Shown: positions 11,072 to 25,153 of the stretch, piece after piece | Layout of the letters: each line of letters starts with the position of its first letter | Position numbering within the stretch: the first letter of the stretch is position 1 | Source of the DNA: Chiloscyllium plagiosum | Taxonomy: Eukaryota | Length of the DNA: 64,000 nucleotides | Reading direction: 5' to 3' | NCBI RefSeq assembly: GCF_004010195.1 | Contig: NC_057719.1 | Span: 42,709,024-42,773,023 of the forward strand | Translations under genes and position numbers: made by a program | The notes under the pieces: generated by a model | What the model was told of the DNA's origin: nothing | Databases searched by the model: none | Seen by the model: the letters and a program-made list of their open reading frames with translations, nothing else

Positions 11072-12952
11072 CTGGAGCTATCGTTGATATTGGAAATTTT
11101 GTTAAGAATATGGAAACTCTGGATTCAGATGCAGCATCAACAACAAGCCAGTCTTCGCGAAAACGTCGGACACTCCCACAATTGCCAGGAAGTGAAAAGC
11201 TGGATAGCTCAAGATCAAAAGATTTCCATCAGCAACGTGCTTTTTCCAGCAGCGAATCCACAAAGAAGTTGGACCTGGAACTGCACTCTCTTCCACAGAA
11301 TCATGAAAAGTTGCATATACATGAAGAAAAAGACTTGGAGCCCGACAGCTTGAGTGATAAGTCTGATGATTCTTCACATGTTCAAAGAGGGAAGGGGAGA
11401 AAATGTAGAATCTCAAAGGTCACTAGAAGGTTACATCCAGGGCAGATGTGGGATGATCATGACAGATCTGAAGCTCGGCAATGGGTAACAGAGACAAATG
11501 CGCAAAGCGCCAACAAAGAGTTACCAGCCCTGAGCAGTGCTGTATGTGGCACAGAATATGATCTAAAATCTGCTTCCTACAGCACTACAAAAGAATTGGA
11601 AAGCTCCTCAGCACAATTGAGAGCTAAAGAAATGCCAGCAAAGTTTGAGCGAAAGCCAAAGGACCAGGAGTTTGGATCAAAATCAACAATTATTACATCA
11701 TCTGCAAGATGGTCATCTGTCCCTGATACAGTCCAGCCTGCTTTGGGAAACAAAGATATAATCCACTCCATAAGTAAAGTGGGTCAAATAACTCATAGGA
11801 GCCCCTCCCAAGAAAGAAAGAAAACGTTTACAAAAGAGTCTCGATCGCCTGTTATCAGACGAGAGAGTTTTACTAAAGACAGGCCAAGTATTGATAACAT
11901 GATCAATAAAATTCCTAATATTTCAAGCCAGCCACCCTTCAAAGATAATGCACACGGTTCCTACAATATAGATTACACTGAGGATACGCACCTCATTCTT
12001 AAAGACACTGAAGCTGCAGTGGCAGCCTTGGAGGCAAAACTTCAGTCTCAAGATCACCATTTTGGCCAACAAGAAAGTCACCCCTACGCCCAAGGGGAAT
12101 CGCCCTCTGGGGAATCAGATAATGACACCACAAGCTCGGTAAGCTTGAAAAGTAAAAGTGCCACGAGTCCTGCACAGCGACAGAGCAGCAGTAATCGTGT
12201 ACCCAAAGGGAAATCAGCTCCTCCAGTACAAGATCTCTCCCAGCCAGCCAATGCTCTGGAAAGGCTGACAGAGAAACGCAGAGCCCAGCTATCAGACGCG
12301 ACCAGCAAACCGGATTACAGCAGGCGCTTCCAGCTGAAGCGCAGTACAGGTTCTCGTGGCTCCACAGACTTTACAGATGATGAAAGATCCTCCAGCCTTC
12401 CATATTTGCCAACTGCTGATGTAGGCTCTTCTGATCAGGAGCAATGTCAGACCAGTAAATCTCTGCTACGGAAAAAGTTTTCCAGTTCTGTGCGCACAAA
12501 AGAGGATTCAAGCAAAAGCACAAAATCTTCTGTTCAAACAACCTTAACCCGTTCAAACAGCCTGTCAACACCCAGGCCCACCAGAGCATCTTTACTGCGC
12601 CGAGCCCGCCTGGGGGATGCGTCAGATAATGAAAGCGCTGATGTGGATAAAGCCTCGTTAGCTTCAGAAATATCCACCACCAGTTCAACTTCCTCAAAGC
12701 AGCCAGCAGATAAGAAGTTATCGCGGCTTGACCAGCTAGCTTTGCCGCGGAAGCGCGCAGGGTCTCTCACTGTAAATAGTGACACAGAAACCTCTGTGAT
12801 GAGAAGCAATTTCAGTACCCGAAGTATTGATATGACTAATACTAGTCGAAAGTCATCTAGTATTGATGTGAAAGCGTCATCCAAGAAAAGTGCCGGAGGT
12901 TCAGTGAAGCAAACATCTCGAGTCCGTGCTAGTGCTGCAAAATCATCTTCCA
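11072..12952 (+). CDS. CEP170B: CEP170B large coding exon (1881 nt, phase 1 to 1)
   Basis: Within ORF 11008-12993: RKRRTLPQLP, LEPDSLSD, IRRESFTKDRPS, ILKDTEAAVAALEAKL, TRSNSLSTPRPTRASLLRRARLGDASD, KKLSRLDQLALPRKRAGS; acag|CT and A|gtgagt splice sites. Confidence 0.95.
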
Positions 12953-13654
12953 GTGAGTATACATCACAAGGACATCTAATGCATCACTATTGAGACAAAC
13001 TTTTTCAAAAGTGAACACACAATTGTTTCAATGCTTTGTAATGAAAATTTAGGATTTAAAAAATCCTAGTTTAACACAATTAATGTACAGGTTGGTGCAT
13101 TGTCTGTGTCCATTGGTGGTAACTTCTCATTTGGATCTAAATCTATTACTTCTGTCTCCCCTTTTGTTTTTCCAGATCCCCTCATTCCTTTCATCTTCAT
13201 TACAGGCCTTCCTGTCACCAGCCCGCTCTCCCATCATGATACCTTGTTACCTTAATTTATCATTTTTCCAGAAGATTTGAGAATCCTTTTGAGTAAACTT
13301 TGATTTCTTTCTGCCTTACAGTATTTTTCAAAGATATTGGCCACTGTAGCATTCTCCTCTCACATCGACACTTCACTCTTTCAAGATAATCTCAACAACC
13401 TCCCTTCTGCTGTGCTCACTGTCACACTGCTGACCCTTTGCATTTTGCTAGCTGTCAGCAATTGTCCTCTACCTTAGTATTTCCCTCAGGAATGTTCATT
13501 TTACTTTCATGAACACAGCAATTCAGATATGGATGCATACATTAACTCATGGAAGACATTTCCCCCTCAGTGTTTGGCTGTATTTTCTACCACGTGCCCT
13601 GACCAATTCATTCCAACACCAAATGATAGACAGATATTTAAATATGTCATTTGT

Positions 13655-13935
13655 GACTAAATGGCAACACTGTCTTCTCTGAGTCAGAAAGTTGAAATCC
13701 AGTCTCACTTGAAATGTTAGCATGAAGTCTAAACGGACGCTCTGATGAAATACTGAATGAGCTCTGTTTTGTCCTATCTTTTAGATGAAACATTAAACCT
13801 GGGGTCTGTTTCTCCCGAAAGGGAGAAAATATCCCTTTGTTATATTTCAAAGAAAAGCAGAGAAATTGTCTAAATATTCTCCTAGTATTTATCTCATGGT
13901 TGACATCATTAAATGGGTTCCACCTTTTCATCTGT
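13655..13935 (+). mobile_element. Old DeuSINE (SacSINE1-like) fragment
   Basis: CTGAGTCAGAAAGTTG head; GATGAAACATTAAACCTGGGGTCTG...TATTTCAAAGAAAAGCAG resembles the Deu domain. Confidence 0.55.
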
Positions 13936-16900
13936 CTATCAAAATTCTTCTCATCTGCTGTACTCTGAAGTTTTCTCCTTGTCAGATCAGTTAACAAGAC
14001 AAATGTGAAATGTAAAAATAAAACTGGAATTTTTTTGGGTGTAAAAGGGTTAGAATCATGCCAATGTGAAGCTGATGCAAGATGAGAATCAAGTTATTCT
14101 GAAGAATGTCCAGCCCTCTAAAATCTATAGTGACATTTCCATTGTGCACCAATCTACCATACAGTGCTCCAAGGCATGAGGGCTAGTATAGGATGGTAGC
14201 TTAATAATCAAGATCATTTATTTGCAGCAATGTCCAGTAATTATAGAAAACAATGTAAAAGATATTCTGAGGCATCTGCAACTCTAAGAATTGTCATTCA
14301 GCAGATTATTTTTCAATCCTCCTATTGAGTATCTGGATAAGGCTAGTGGAGCCTTGCACTACAAACCAACTGGGGTCTCCAGCATCTTTGCAATTTACTG
14401 CCTGCTGCAAAATACCCCGTTGGTAGGCTTACTTATTCCAGAAATAAAGGGTTTTATGAGCCATCTGGTATGTGGTGTGGAAATGTGTTTCCATCCCAGT
14501 GCCATGAAAAATATGTGAAGGAATGGGAGAAATTAGCTCAAGACAACAAGGAACAAAAAAAACAACAGTGGTTTCAATGAGTAAACATTGGAATATCAAC
14601 CAAAGGCCCTTGGCACCTTTTGATCTTAACCAGCAGCCTCAAAGCGACCCTAATTATCAAAGATGACTTCAAATTTCTTCATAAAACAGAAATCTTTAAC
14701 CCTCCCTCCCCCAGCTTTGGTTTCTATGCTCAAAACTAAATCTGTAATTGTTTGGTGAAACCATATTTGCTTTTCATAACAATTCCCGTCTTTACTACTA
14801 CTACCACCATCACTTTTTGTTGTTATATTGACCCTTTGTTAGTTAACTTGCTTGCTGAAATCCTAATTCAGTACTTCCAATGATTCATGCTCATATGAGG
14901 TTTAGTAATAGATAGGTATGTCAGTTTCACTGAACCTTAGAGCTCTGAGGGGATTCTCGTTTGAGACTTGCTTTCAGTAGCCATTCTCCTGAAGTGGTGC
15001 AAGGTCCTCTATCAATATCTGAAATTTTCTGATGCCTGTGTCAGATGGTGCCTTTGAAAAATAGGCTGAATGCTTTCTCTGAAATGTCTGACCATTCTTT
15101 GGAATATGCTGATGCTGATGATATCATTACAAACAAATTATGTTCTCACTCAGTTTAGAAGTTATGAGGAAGTCTAGTATTCGGGGGAGTTCTTGATTCG
15201 GCATCTCTATTTACACTGACTCTCTTTGAGATATACCTTTTCATGTATTGTTTGGGTGTTCATGGGCTGATAGAGATGATAGCAACTGTCATTTAACTTC
15301 CAGAACCCTTAGTGACCATCCCGTAGAGTTCCCTGTTTTTAGTGCCCATAAGGAAGAAAATGTTACCCGCAATGTCTTCACATTGCTCTCGTTGCCGTCA
15401 TTCCTGGTTTCTTATCAATTGCAGGAAAATTCGGCAAAAGGCCAAAAGTATTAGATAAATAAAACCAAAGTGTGGGAGAAATTCAATAGGTACTGGTGGT
15501 TTTTGTTGAAGAGAGAAAAATAGTTAATGTTTTCAGTTTAACAACACTTCTTTGGAACTGATTTTTGTTTTAGATTTCCAGCATCCGTGATATTTTGCTT
15601 TTAAGAGCGTATTATTTATTCTACTTTTATGAATGCTACACTAAATCTTAACAATGCACTTCTAAGAGGCTCTATCCAGTGCCTCAGTAGAATGCATTTA
15701 CATAGTGGTTCGCCTACCAAGGTGCTGTTGGGAATGTTATCATATATCATAACCATCTCTTTACAGGGTGGGAGATGAATGAGTATTGTCAATTCCAGAA
15801 TATCGTTGGAACAGACTTTTGGAAAGGTTGTTTTAATATGTAGAATGGTGTGTGGAGTAGATGATTGTGAAGAATTAAATAACTAATATTCAACATATAT
15901 TTGTTATTAGATATTCTTGTCTTACCTTGTAATCAATGCCATAAAACTTTATAAATAGGCACAGTAATTGACTCCATCTTTTCATCATCTGTAAAACAAA
16001 ATTGTTGCAAACCAAAAAGATGAATGTTAGCAGTTGTCTTGTTAAAGACTTAGATTTTATTTCACTCCCTTCTAATCTTATTGAGATTTAATCAAACTTG
16101 TGATGTCTGGTACACTAACAAAATCAAATTTGGGTGTGACCAAGTATGTTTACTATTAACTTTTATTTTGGTGGGGAGTTCCTGGAATTCTCTTACTAAG
16201 GAAACTGTGGGGTGTTTAATGAGCTTGATTGAAATGTTATGTTTTGCTTTCTCTGATACCTCCTCTGGCTATTTTATAATCAGGTTACCACAAACTGGAG
16301 ATTAAGTGGAGATTGGTCTTGTGCTTCAAAAACAATGCCCTCTTGTTATCTGGGACTAAATGCAGCTTTACTTCTTCACAGGTTTAAAATGTTGGTCAAA
16401 TGTCTCATTTGTCTGCGGACAAGTGGGAGGGGGAAAGAAGTTGTATCCCTATGAGCAACTTTACAAAGCACTGTTACTAACTAACCCCATGGCTATGAAA
16501 CTCTCAGTTGTTTCAAAGCATTTTTTTTTAAATAATAGAAGTCAAGATTCATACAAATGCAATTTATTTCTTCCTCATTCAATTTTAAAGGGGATGGAAG
16601 ACGAGAGAGATAATTACAAATATTTGTGTACGTATCTTTGAAAACAAGCTAATGAAACATTAAAAAATCAGGTAGGATTCTGGTCTCTTTAGACAGAGGT
16701 GAAATGTATGAAATACAGGAACTGATGCTGAACCTGTATGAAACAGAAGTTCAGTGCCAGCTGGATTATTGTACTCAACTAGATATGACATTTTAGGAAT
16801 GATATGAAAGTTTTAGAGAGGGTACAGAGAAAATCTGACGGAAAGAGGATTACAGTTCAAGAGCTTTATTAGAGAAGCTGTATTATTTTCCTTAAAGTTG

Positions 16901-18377
16901 ATAAAGGCAAAAGAACAAATTTTAAAGAGCACATATTTCAGGTGATTGGTCAAAAGAACCAGACGTAATAAAACGTCATGTTTTGCTTTCCTCAACTAGT
17001 GGTTTGGATTTGAAATGCACTACTGGATAGGTTGCTGAATGCAAATTCAGTCTTAACTTTCAAAGGGAATTGGGAAAAATACTTAAAAGTGAAACATTAC
17101 AAGGATATCAGGGAAGAATAGACAATTGAGGCAAAACTGAAATTGCTGTTTGAAAGAGCTAGTGCAGGAAGAAAGGAACAAATCACTCAAGGCTGTTCCA
17201 CCATTCAGTGAGACCATAGCTGATCTGTGGCCTAATTCCACATACCTGCCTTTGGCTCATACCTCTTGATATCTCCAGATATGTTTTTGTTAAGCAATCT
17301 CAGATTTAACATTAACATCTGATTTTATATCGATTGCTATTTTGTGGAAGAGTTAAAAACATTTACCACACTTCGTGTGTGGAAGTGCTTCCTAACATCT
17401 CTCCTGAACAGTCTGGCCCCAATTCTCCGGCTATGCCAGCAGGTTCTAGAATCCCTAACCAATGGAAATAGTTTAACTTCATCTAGCCTGTTTTTTTCCT
17501 GTTAATATCTTCAGGATTTCAATCAGATCATCCTTAACCCTCTAAACTTTAGAAAAAACACAAAGTTGATGGATTAAATGACCACTTATGTTGTGCTATT
17601 TCATGATGCTGTGAATGACATTGTGTTCTGTGACTTGCATGGCATCTGGCTCGGAGCAATGAAATGCTGAGTTATTGTCAGAACGTAGCAAATGAACTAG
17701 GGCATCCAATCCTTCGAGCCTGCTTTGCCAATCAATTTGATCATGGTTGGTAATCCTAGCTCCAGCCACCTCCTTAGCTCTGTGAGAGTTAATAACCATT
17801 GCAAACAAAAATTTAACTAAGATTTAAAATTATTAATTGAGCTAGCTTCTATCACATCCTGAGGGAGAAAGTTCTACAGTGTGGTCTTACTTTGTATGAA
17901 GAAGTGTTTCATAACTCCTGTCCAGAATGGCATTGATCTAACTTTAAGGCTTTGGTCTTTATTATAGAGCTTCACCACCCCCCACCACTCCCCACCACCA
18001 CAACAACCACTCCTACCCATCTCAGCAGAAACTGCCATCCATTAATTTCAGATTCAGAAAAATAAAACTTCAATCAAATAATTCTTGGCTACAAAATATA
18101 AGCCTAGCTGACCTAATATGCTCATTATCCCACCTTTGGAACCTTGGTAATGTACTGGTGAAGCTGTGTGTACACTTTCCAAATCAACATAGGTACATCC
18201 TTTCTAAGGTGTTCTTCCCAGAACTGTACGCATAATTTAGTTGTGGTGTAGCCAGGGCTGCTGTATAATCTAATGTTCTAGTTGTAAATGCTAAAATTTC
18301 ATTAGTCTTTTTGATTATTTTTGTACATGATTGCTACCTCTTTGTGATTTGTACACAAGAATTTATAAATCTCTTGG

Positions 18378-18717
18378 AAATCATAGAATCCCTACAGTGT
18401 GGAACCAACAAGTCCACACATCCTCTGAAGAATAACCTACCTACCCAGACCCATCCCCTTACCCTATTACTCTACATTTACCCCTGACTAATGCATCTAA
18501 CATACACATCCCTGAGCACTATGAGCAATTTAGCATGGCCAATTCACTTAAACTGCACGTCTATGGACTGTGGGAGAAAACTAGAACACCTGATGGAAAC
18601 CAACACTGACACTGGGAGAATGTGCAAACTCCACACAGATGGTCGCCAAGGCTGGAATCGAACCCGGGTCCCTGGCGCTGAGGCAGCAGTGCTAGTCACT
18701 GAGCCACCATGCTGCCC
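18378..18717 (-). mobile_element. HE1-like V-SINE
   Basis: Reverse complement begins GGGCAGCATGGTGGCTCAGTGAC...GGGTTCGATTCC and ends CCACACTGTAGGGATTCTATGAT. Confidence 0.85.
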
Positions 18718-19210
18718 TAAGATATAAGGGAGTCTTGGTTTATTGGGAGCAGATAAGAAAGTGCAGTTAAGCTCTCAATCAGATCATCCATGATCTTTCT
18801 TTGTGGTGAAGCAGTCAAGAGACATTTTATTACTTATTCCTGCTCCTATTCTTTGGACTAAAGTTGTTCCTAACCTTTAAACATGTAGGAGAAAGTAGCT
18901 GGACCTATCTTTATCAAACTAGCAAAGTGTTGTTTCTCAGCCCAGGAACTTGGGCGTATTGCACAGGTTAAGTCCTATCACATGTTTTCAATGAGGAAAT
19001 TAATTTGTAAACTATTCAGAAAAAAAAATCATTATTTTATTTAAATTCAGAGCTCACCTCTGTTATGTATGCACTGACCTCTGCTCCAGGATTTTGAACA
19101 GTCTCCCTTTGTAGGAATCATGTGCTTTGTCTTAAACCTTGGGTTGTTCTGCCTATTGCTGTTATTCTAGTATTATCTTTCCCTTTATTTGAAACTAATT
19201 CTTTTACAAG

Positions 19211-19427
19211 ACTCAAGATGGAGACAACAAACTTCAGATTACACTTCTACTTCAGAGGAGGAGTATAATTCAAATCACACCTCTCCTAAACACAACCGCT
19301 TACATGCTTCAACAGCCACACACAGCAGTAGAGGCCAGTCTTCCAGTTCAGGAAGAACAAGACAAAACCTGGATGATGAAGAAGATCCGTATGAAAACTG
19401 GACTACACACAGTGCCGAAATTGCAAG
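19211..19427 (+). CDS. CEP170B: CEP170B coding exon (217 nt, phase 1 to 2)
   Basis: caag|AC TCA AGA TGG: SRWRQQTSDYTSTSEEEYNSNHTSPKH...DPYENWTTHSAEIA(R)|gtattg. Confidence 0.95.
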
Positions 19428-19584
19428 GTATTGTAGAACTGTACTTGGGACTGCAGAGCATGTGAATACAGAACAAATGATTGAATGAATTATTGTCATG
19501 TGTATTTTACTGTGAAATGCAACAAAATACAATGAAAAGCTTAAATTTGTCACCATAATCTGGCACCATTTTGATAGTTTAAGA

Positions 19585-19815
19585 ATAAGGGAACTTTTTC
19601 ACGCAGAGAGTGGTGCGTGTATGGAATGAGCTGCCAGAGGAAGTGGTGGAGGCTGGTATAATTACAGCATTTAAAAGGCATCTGGGTAGGTACATGAATG
19701 GGAAGGGTTTAGAGGGATATGGGCCAAGTGCTGGCAAATGGGGCTAGATTAGGTTAGAATATCTGGCATGGGCGAGTTGGACCGAAGAGTCTGTTTCGAT
19801 GCTGTATGACGCTAT
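19585..19815 (+). mobile_element. CR1/HER1 LINE 3' end
   Basis: TTTTTCACGCAGAGAGTGGTGCGTGTATGGAATGAGCTGCCAGAGG...GGACCGAAGAGTCTGTTTC. Confidence 0.85.
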
Positions 19816-20235
19816 AACATGACTCGCTGAAATAAGTTTTTTGAGGAAATGCCAAGCTCATGATATGTTACACTGACCTCTGCTGGAGAATGCCACAGCA
19901 GCAAGGCAGACATCAAGAGCCTGACCTTGTAATTTTCAATAAAAATAGGAGCACACATAGGATACAAGTGTTCTATGCTGACTGCTATATGTTCAAATAG
20001 CTCTTAGCTTTTTCTTCCCTGTGAATTAATTAAGTTAGAGAACTTCTATTTAAATAAATATACTCAATATAATTTTTCAAACAAAAGTTAATAGCTAGGA
20101 TAGAGACCTTTCAGTGCAAGACCTCTAGGCTGGTTTCAGTTACGGAAGAAAACCTGGAACAGGCTTGTTATAAGTGCTTGTAATGGTTGTGAGTTTGAAT
20201 GTGGCTGAACATCACTTTGTCTGTACTACTCAACA

Positions 20236-20559
20236 GGGTGGCATGGTGGCTCAACAGTGTCTCACCCGGGACCCGGGTTCAATTCCACCCTCGGTCTGGA
20301 GTTTATGTTCTCCCCATATCTGCATGGATTTCTACCTGGTGCTCTGATTTCCTTCCACAGCCAAACATGTGCATGCTAGGTGGGTTGGCTGTGCTAGATT
20401 GCCCATGGTGTCCAGGGATGTGTCAGTTAGGTGGATTAGCCATGGTATCCTATGTGAATAGTGTGGGAGCTAGGTCTGGGTGGAACCCTCTTCAGAGGGT
20501 CAGAGCAGACTTGATGGGCTACATGACCTCTTTCTGTACTATAGGGATTCTATGATTCT
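20236..20559 (+). mobile_element. V-SINE (diverged HE1-like)
   Basis: GGGTGGCATGGTGGCTC...GACCCGGGTTCAATTCC head; AGGGATTCTATGATTCT tail. Confidence 0.75.
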
Positions 20560-20953
20560 GAGAATAGTTCTTGGGGATCTCATAGTTTGGGATAATCATT
20601 TGGAGGTGTGACCCCTGCTGTTTCATTGCTAACACTCAGAACAAGAAGTTCTTAGACTCAGTGAATTAAGGTTCTTATTTTATGTAAAGGGAGTACTGGA
20701 ACAAAAATAATTTTAGTTTTGTTATGATTCTCATTAATCCACAGAGTTCAGGATAGATGAGGAAAGCTGTCCACACATACCATCTCTAGTTTTGTCACTA
20801 CTACCTTAACTATGGAATAAATCACTGCTGGTTTCTCTCTAATGGTGTGTTCTCCCACAGATGAAACTTGCCATATAAATAGCTGCAGAACACTTGAACA
20901 CAATTCAACCAATAGTAGAGGAATAAGCCAATGCTATTTTATGGGCCTGTAGA

Positions 20954-23550
20954 TTGAAAGAAGCAAAAATGGCCCTTAGTAGAGTGATATGCTGCTCTTG
21001 TCGGATGTGGGAGTTTGGGGAGAGTTTACGGGTTACTGAGGATTACATCTGCAATAAATGCTGTTGTTTGCGAATCCTATTAGATCGAATGGATCAGTTG
21101 GAGAGGCAGTTAGAGGCAATGAGGAATTTACAAGAGCAAGGGGATGTGATGGATGGCAGTTATAGGAAAAGGGTAAGGTCTCAGATACAGTCACATAGAA
21201 GGTTAACTCCAGGAAAGGTAAGAGAGGGTGGCAGCGAATGCAGGAGTCTTCTGTGGCTATTGCCATTTCAAACAAGTATGCTGGTTTGAAAAATGTACAT
21301 GGCAATGGATTCTAAGGGGAATGTAGCACGATCGGCCAAGGTTCTGGTATTGAGACTGGCTGTAATGTACGTCGGGTTCCATGCAATCGATTGTGTTAGG
21401 GGACTGTCTAGTCTGAGGTACTGACAGCAGCGAAAAATCATAATGGTGTGTTGCTTCCATAGTGCCAGGATCAAGGATGTCTCAGAGAGAGTGCAGAATG
21501 TTCTCACAGGGGAGAGAGGCCAGCAAGAGGTTGTTGTACACATTGGAACCAACGACATTGAATAGGAAAAGGTTGAGATTCTGAAGGTTTAGGCAGGAAT
21601 TTAAAAAGGAGGTCCTTTTTAATTGGAAGGGGACTAATATACTGGCAGGGAGATTTGCTAGAATTGCTCATGAGGATTTAAACTAGTAAGGTGGGGGGTG
21701 GGGTGGAACCCAAGGAGATAGTGATGAAAGATTTCAATCTGAGACTGACACAGTTGAGAACAAAGTCAAACAGTCAGGGCGGGCAGAGGCAAAGCAGAAA
21801 GCAAAGTAGGATAGATAAATTAAACTGCATTTATTTCAATGCAAGGGACCTAACACGGAAGGCAGATGAACTCAGGGCATGGTTAGGAACATGGGACTGG
21901 GATATCATAGCAATTACAGAAACATGGCTCAGGACTGGCAGCTTAATGTTCAAGGATACAAATGCTACAGGAAGGATAGAAAGGGAGGCAAGAGAGGAGG
22001 GGGAGTGGCGTTTTTGATAAAGGATAGCATTACAGCTGTACTGGGGGAGGATATTCACGGAAATACATCCGGGGAAGTTATTTGGGTGGAAATGAGAAAT
22101 TAAAAAGAGATGATCACCTTATTGGGATTGTATTATAGAACCCCTAATAATCAGAGGGAAATTGAGAAACAAATTTGTAAGGAGGTCTGTTATTTGTAAG
22201 AATAATAGAGTGGTTATAATAGGGAATTTTAACTTTCCAAACAAACACTGGGACTGCCATAGTGTTAAGGGTTTAGATAAAGAGGAATTTGTTAAATGTG
22301 TACAAGAAAATTTTCTGATTCAGTATGTGGATGTACCTACTAAAGAAGGTGCAAAACTTTACCTACTCTTGGGAACTAAGGCAGGACAGGTGACTGAGGT
22401 GTCAGTGGGGGAGCGCTTTGGGGCTGTTTTAAAAAATTCTCAAGGTCAGGTTCGTAGGAGAGTAGTCTGACACAGAACAAACGACCAAGAGGCGAGTCTG
22501 CTAGAATATGGGCATTTTATTCCCCGCAGCGTCGCCACAACGGGTCTGGCTTATACTCACTCTACATGTTACCGGAACTGGGAGCCGTCAGTTCTCGTAG
22601 AGCGGTTGCCAACAACCCACGCTCGGCGGTTAAACGTAACCCCGGAGCAGACTCACCAAACTGGAGACTTTTCCAGCTGATATACTCTTTTCCAGATATA
22701 AACATTCATGTGAACAGCAGAGCAAGGCTAAAAAACACATTCCTACAAATACATTAAGTACAAAAGGGTAACTAGGGAGAGAATAGGGCCCCTCAAAGAT
22801 TCGCAAGGCGGCCTTTGTGTGGAGCTGCAGGAGATGGGGCAAATACTAAATGAGTATTTTGCATCAGTATTTACTGTGGAAAAGGACATGGATGACATAG
22901 AATGTAGGGAAATAGATGGTGACATCTTGAAAAATGTCCGTATTACAGAGGAGGCAGTACTGGATGTCTTGAAACACAATGTTGCAGCGTTACAGATCAT
23001 TGGTTAGGCCATTGTTGGAATATTGCATGCAATTCTGGTCTCCTTGCTGTCGGAAAGATGTTGCGAAACTTGAAAGGGTTCAGAAAAGATTTACAAGGAT
23101 GTTGCCAGGATTGGAGGATTTGAGCTATAGGGAGAGGTTGAATAGGCTGGGGCTGTTTTCCCTGGAGCGTCGGAGGCTGAGGGGTGACTTTATAGAGGTT
23201 TATGAAATCATGAGGGGCATGGATAGGATAAATAGATAAAGTCTTTTCCCTGGGGTGGGGGAGTTCAGAACTAGAAGGCATGGGTTTAGGGTGAGAGGAG
23301 AAAGATATAAAAGAGACCTCAGGGGCACCTCTTTCAAGCAGAGGATTGTGCATGTATGGAATGAGCTGCCAGAGGAAGTGTTGGAGGCTGGTACAATTGC
23401 AACATTGAAAAGGCATTTGGATGGGTATATGAATAGGAAGGGTTTGGAGGGATATTGGCAGGTGGGACTAGATTGGGTTGGGATATCTGGTCGGCATGAA
23501 TGAGTTGGACCGAAGGGTCTGTTTCCATACTGTGCACCTCTATGACTCTA
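20954..23550 (+). mobile_element. CR1/HER1 LINE spanning ORF1 to 3'UTR, internally deleted and interrupted by an LTR
   Basis: ORF1 zinc finger/zipper (CCSCRMWE...YICNKC...LERQL) and esterase-like VVVHIGTNDI; ORF2 APE start (CIYFNARDL...DIIAITETWL); RT core missing near 22978; ORF2 C-terminus and TATGACTC tail. Confidence 0.9.
22425..22743 (-). mobile_element. Truncated LTR, same family as the solo LTR at 43529-44008
   Basis: Starts TGTTTTAAAAAATTCTCAAGGTCA like 43529 and aligns through AAAAAACACATTCC; ORF-track peptides 22566 and 43696 share their N-terminus. Confidence 0.85.
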
Positions 23551-24998
23551 GTTCAGATTCTTTTCGTAATTATAGTTGCTTTGAAATTGATACAGACTTT
23601 CTCTACAGGGGGTGAAAAAGTTTATTATTTCACTGCAGTTAAAAACATTTGTATAGTAATAGGAACAAAAAAAAAATCATCATTGGCTTGTTACATCACT
23701 GGTGATTAAGCTTTGTTCTAAAGGTTTTTGGCCACTGGAGATTTGTGTATTTACACAATACTTTTTAATGATTTCAATCATCAAGGATCAAAAGTGATAA
23801 ACACATCATGGTTATATTTTGACATTATTCATTCTTTCAGAAAGAATTCCATGTATTCAACTATCATTTTGATAAAAGTCACCAGACATCCAACCATTAC
23901 AGTTGATATCATCTGTTTCACAGATGATTGTCATTAAGTTTTAACCTCAACAGTTTGGATTTTCAAATATTTTGGAATCTCTCATGGCATTCAAAGAGAC
24001 ACCATGTATATCTGAATGGAATAAACTCACCCCATTAACATTATGTTTGTATGTAGAGATTGCACTAAAAAGACTCCTAATTACTCATTTCAGAAACCTG
24101 CAAGCACCAATATTGCAGGTTAAGGTCAGACCTTCAAACAATATATTTTTTTCTGGGATCCTTTTCTGATGAATTTAAATTTAATTGAAGTTTAATTGTT
24201 ACTAAATAATCCATTGCCTGATATATTTCTAGTATGCTATATATTCATGCATTCTTAAAATTAAATACCAAAATTGTTGCATTAATAAGATGGCCTTTTG
24301 TAAGAAATGAAAAATAATATCGATCATGTTGGCTTAAATTCTGTGATTGGAGTATAATGATTTTCTTTTTCTTGTAATGACCTTGTAATCTAATTTCTGG
24401 TTTCAGACAACAATTATAATTGGTCTGCTGAAGTTAAAATAGTGCAACGTTGACAAATGACTGAACGTTTATCAATATTGTAGCAAACCATGACAAACCT
24501 TAATTTGTTACAATATGACTCCACCCAATCGGTATTAGTGACCATTTTATGAAATAGGGGAAACCAGAGGTTCTAGTACAAGAACAATTACATTTCAAAG
24601 TATTATAGTCTTGACATTGATCCAAAAGTCTAAACAGTTACATGTTGCATCAGACTTAAGACTAGCTCCATGCCTGGTGGCATGATGTCAAAATGGAAAA
24701 GGCTTTAAGCCACCTTATCTCTGTCCGACTCCTCTATATTGTGTGAATACTCTGTTTCTACAATTATGGTTTCTTGTGCACCATTATTCCTTTAAAAGTC
24801 TTTTTTGATCAAAGATGGGGTTGCCTTTCCTCATACTCCATACCTGGCTAAGTATCTGTTTTTCTGTGCATTGAAGCATCTTCTATCTTTGTGCCACTAC
24901 ACAAATGCAGTTGTTGGCTTATTCTGACCAGTTGGAAATAACAGTCAAATGAAATATGGTTTTAGACTTCTGAGCTTGGGCTGTTTAATAATATGGGG

Positions 24999-25153
24999 AG
25001 CATTTGAATATTTGGATGGGTGTATGAATACGAAGGGTTTGGAGGGATATGTGCCGGATGCTGGCAGGTGGGACTAGATTGGGTTGAGATATCTGGTCGG
25101 CATGGACGGGTTGGACCAAAGGGTCTGATTCCATGCTGTACACCTCTATGACT
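24999..25153 (+). mobile_element. CR1/HER1 LINE 3'UTR fragment
   Basis: Nearly the same as the 23415-23550 tail. Confidence 0.8.

Noticed and set aside
11008..12993. 661-aa ORF as a standalone single-exon gene
   Set aside because: It is the large internal CEP170B exon; the ORF ends run into introns beyond clear splice sites at 11072 and 12952.
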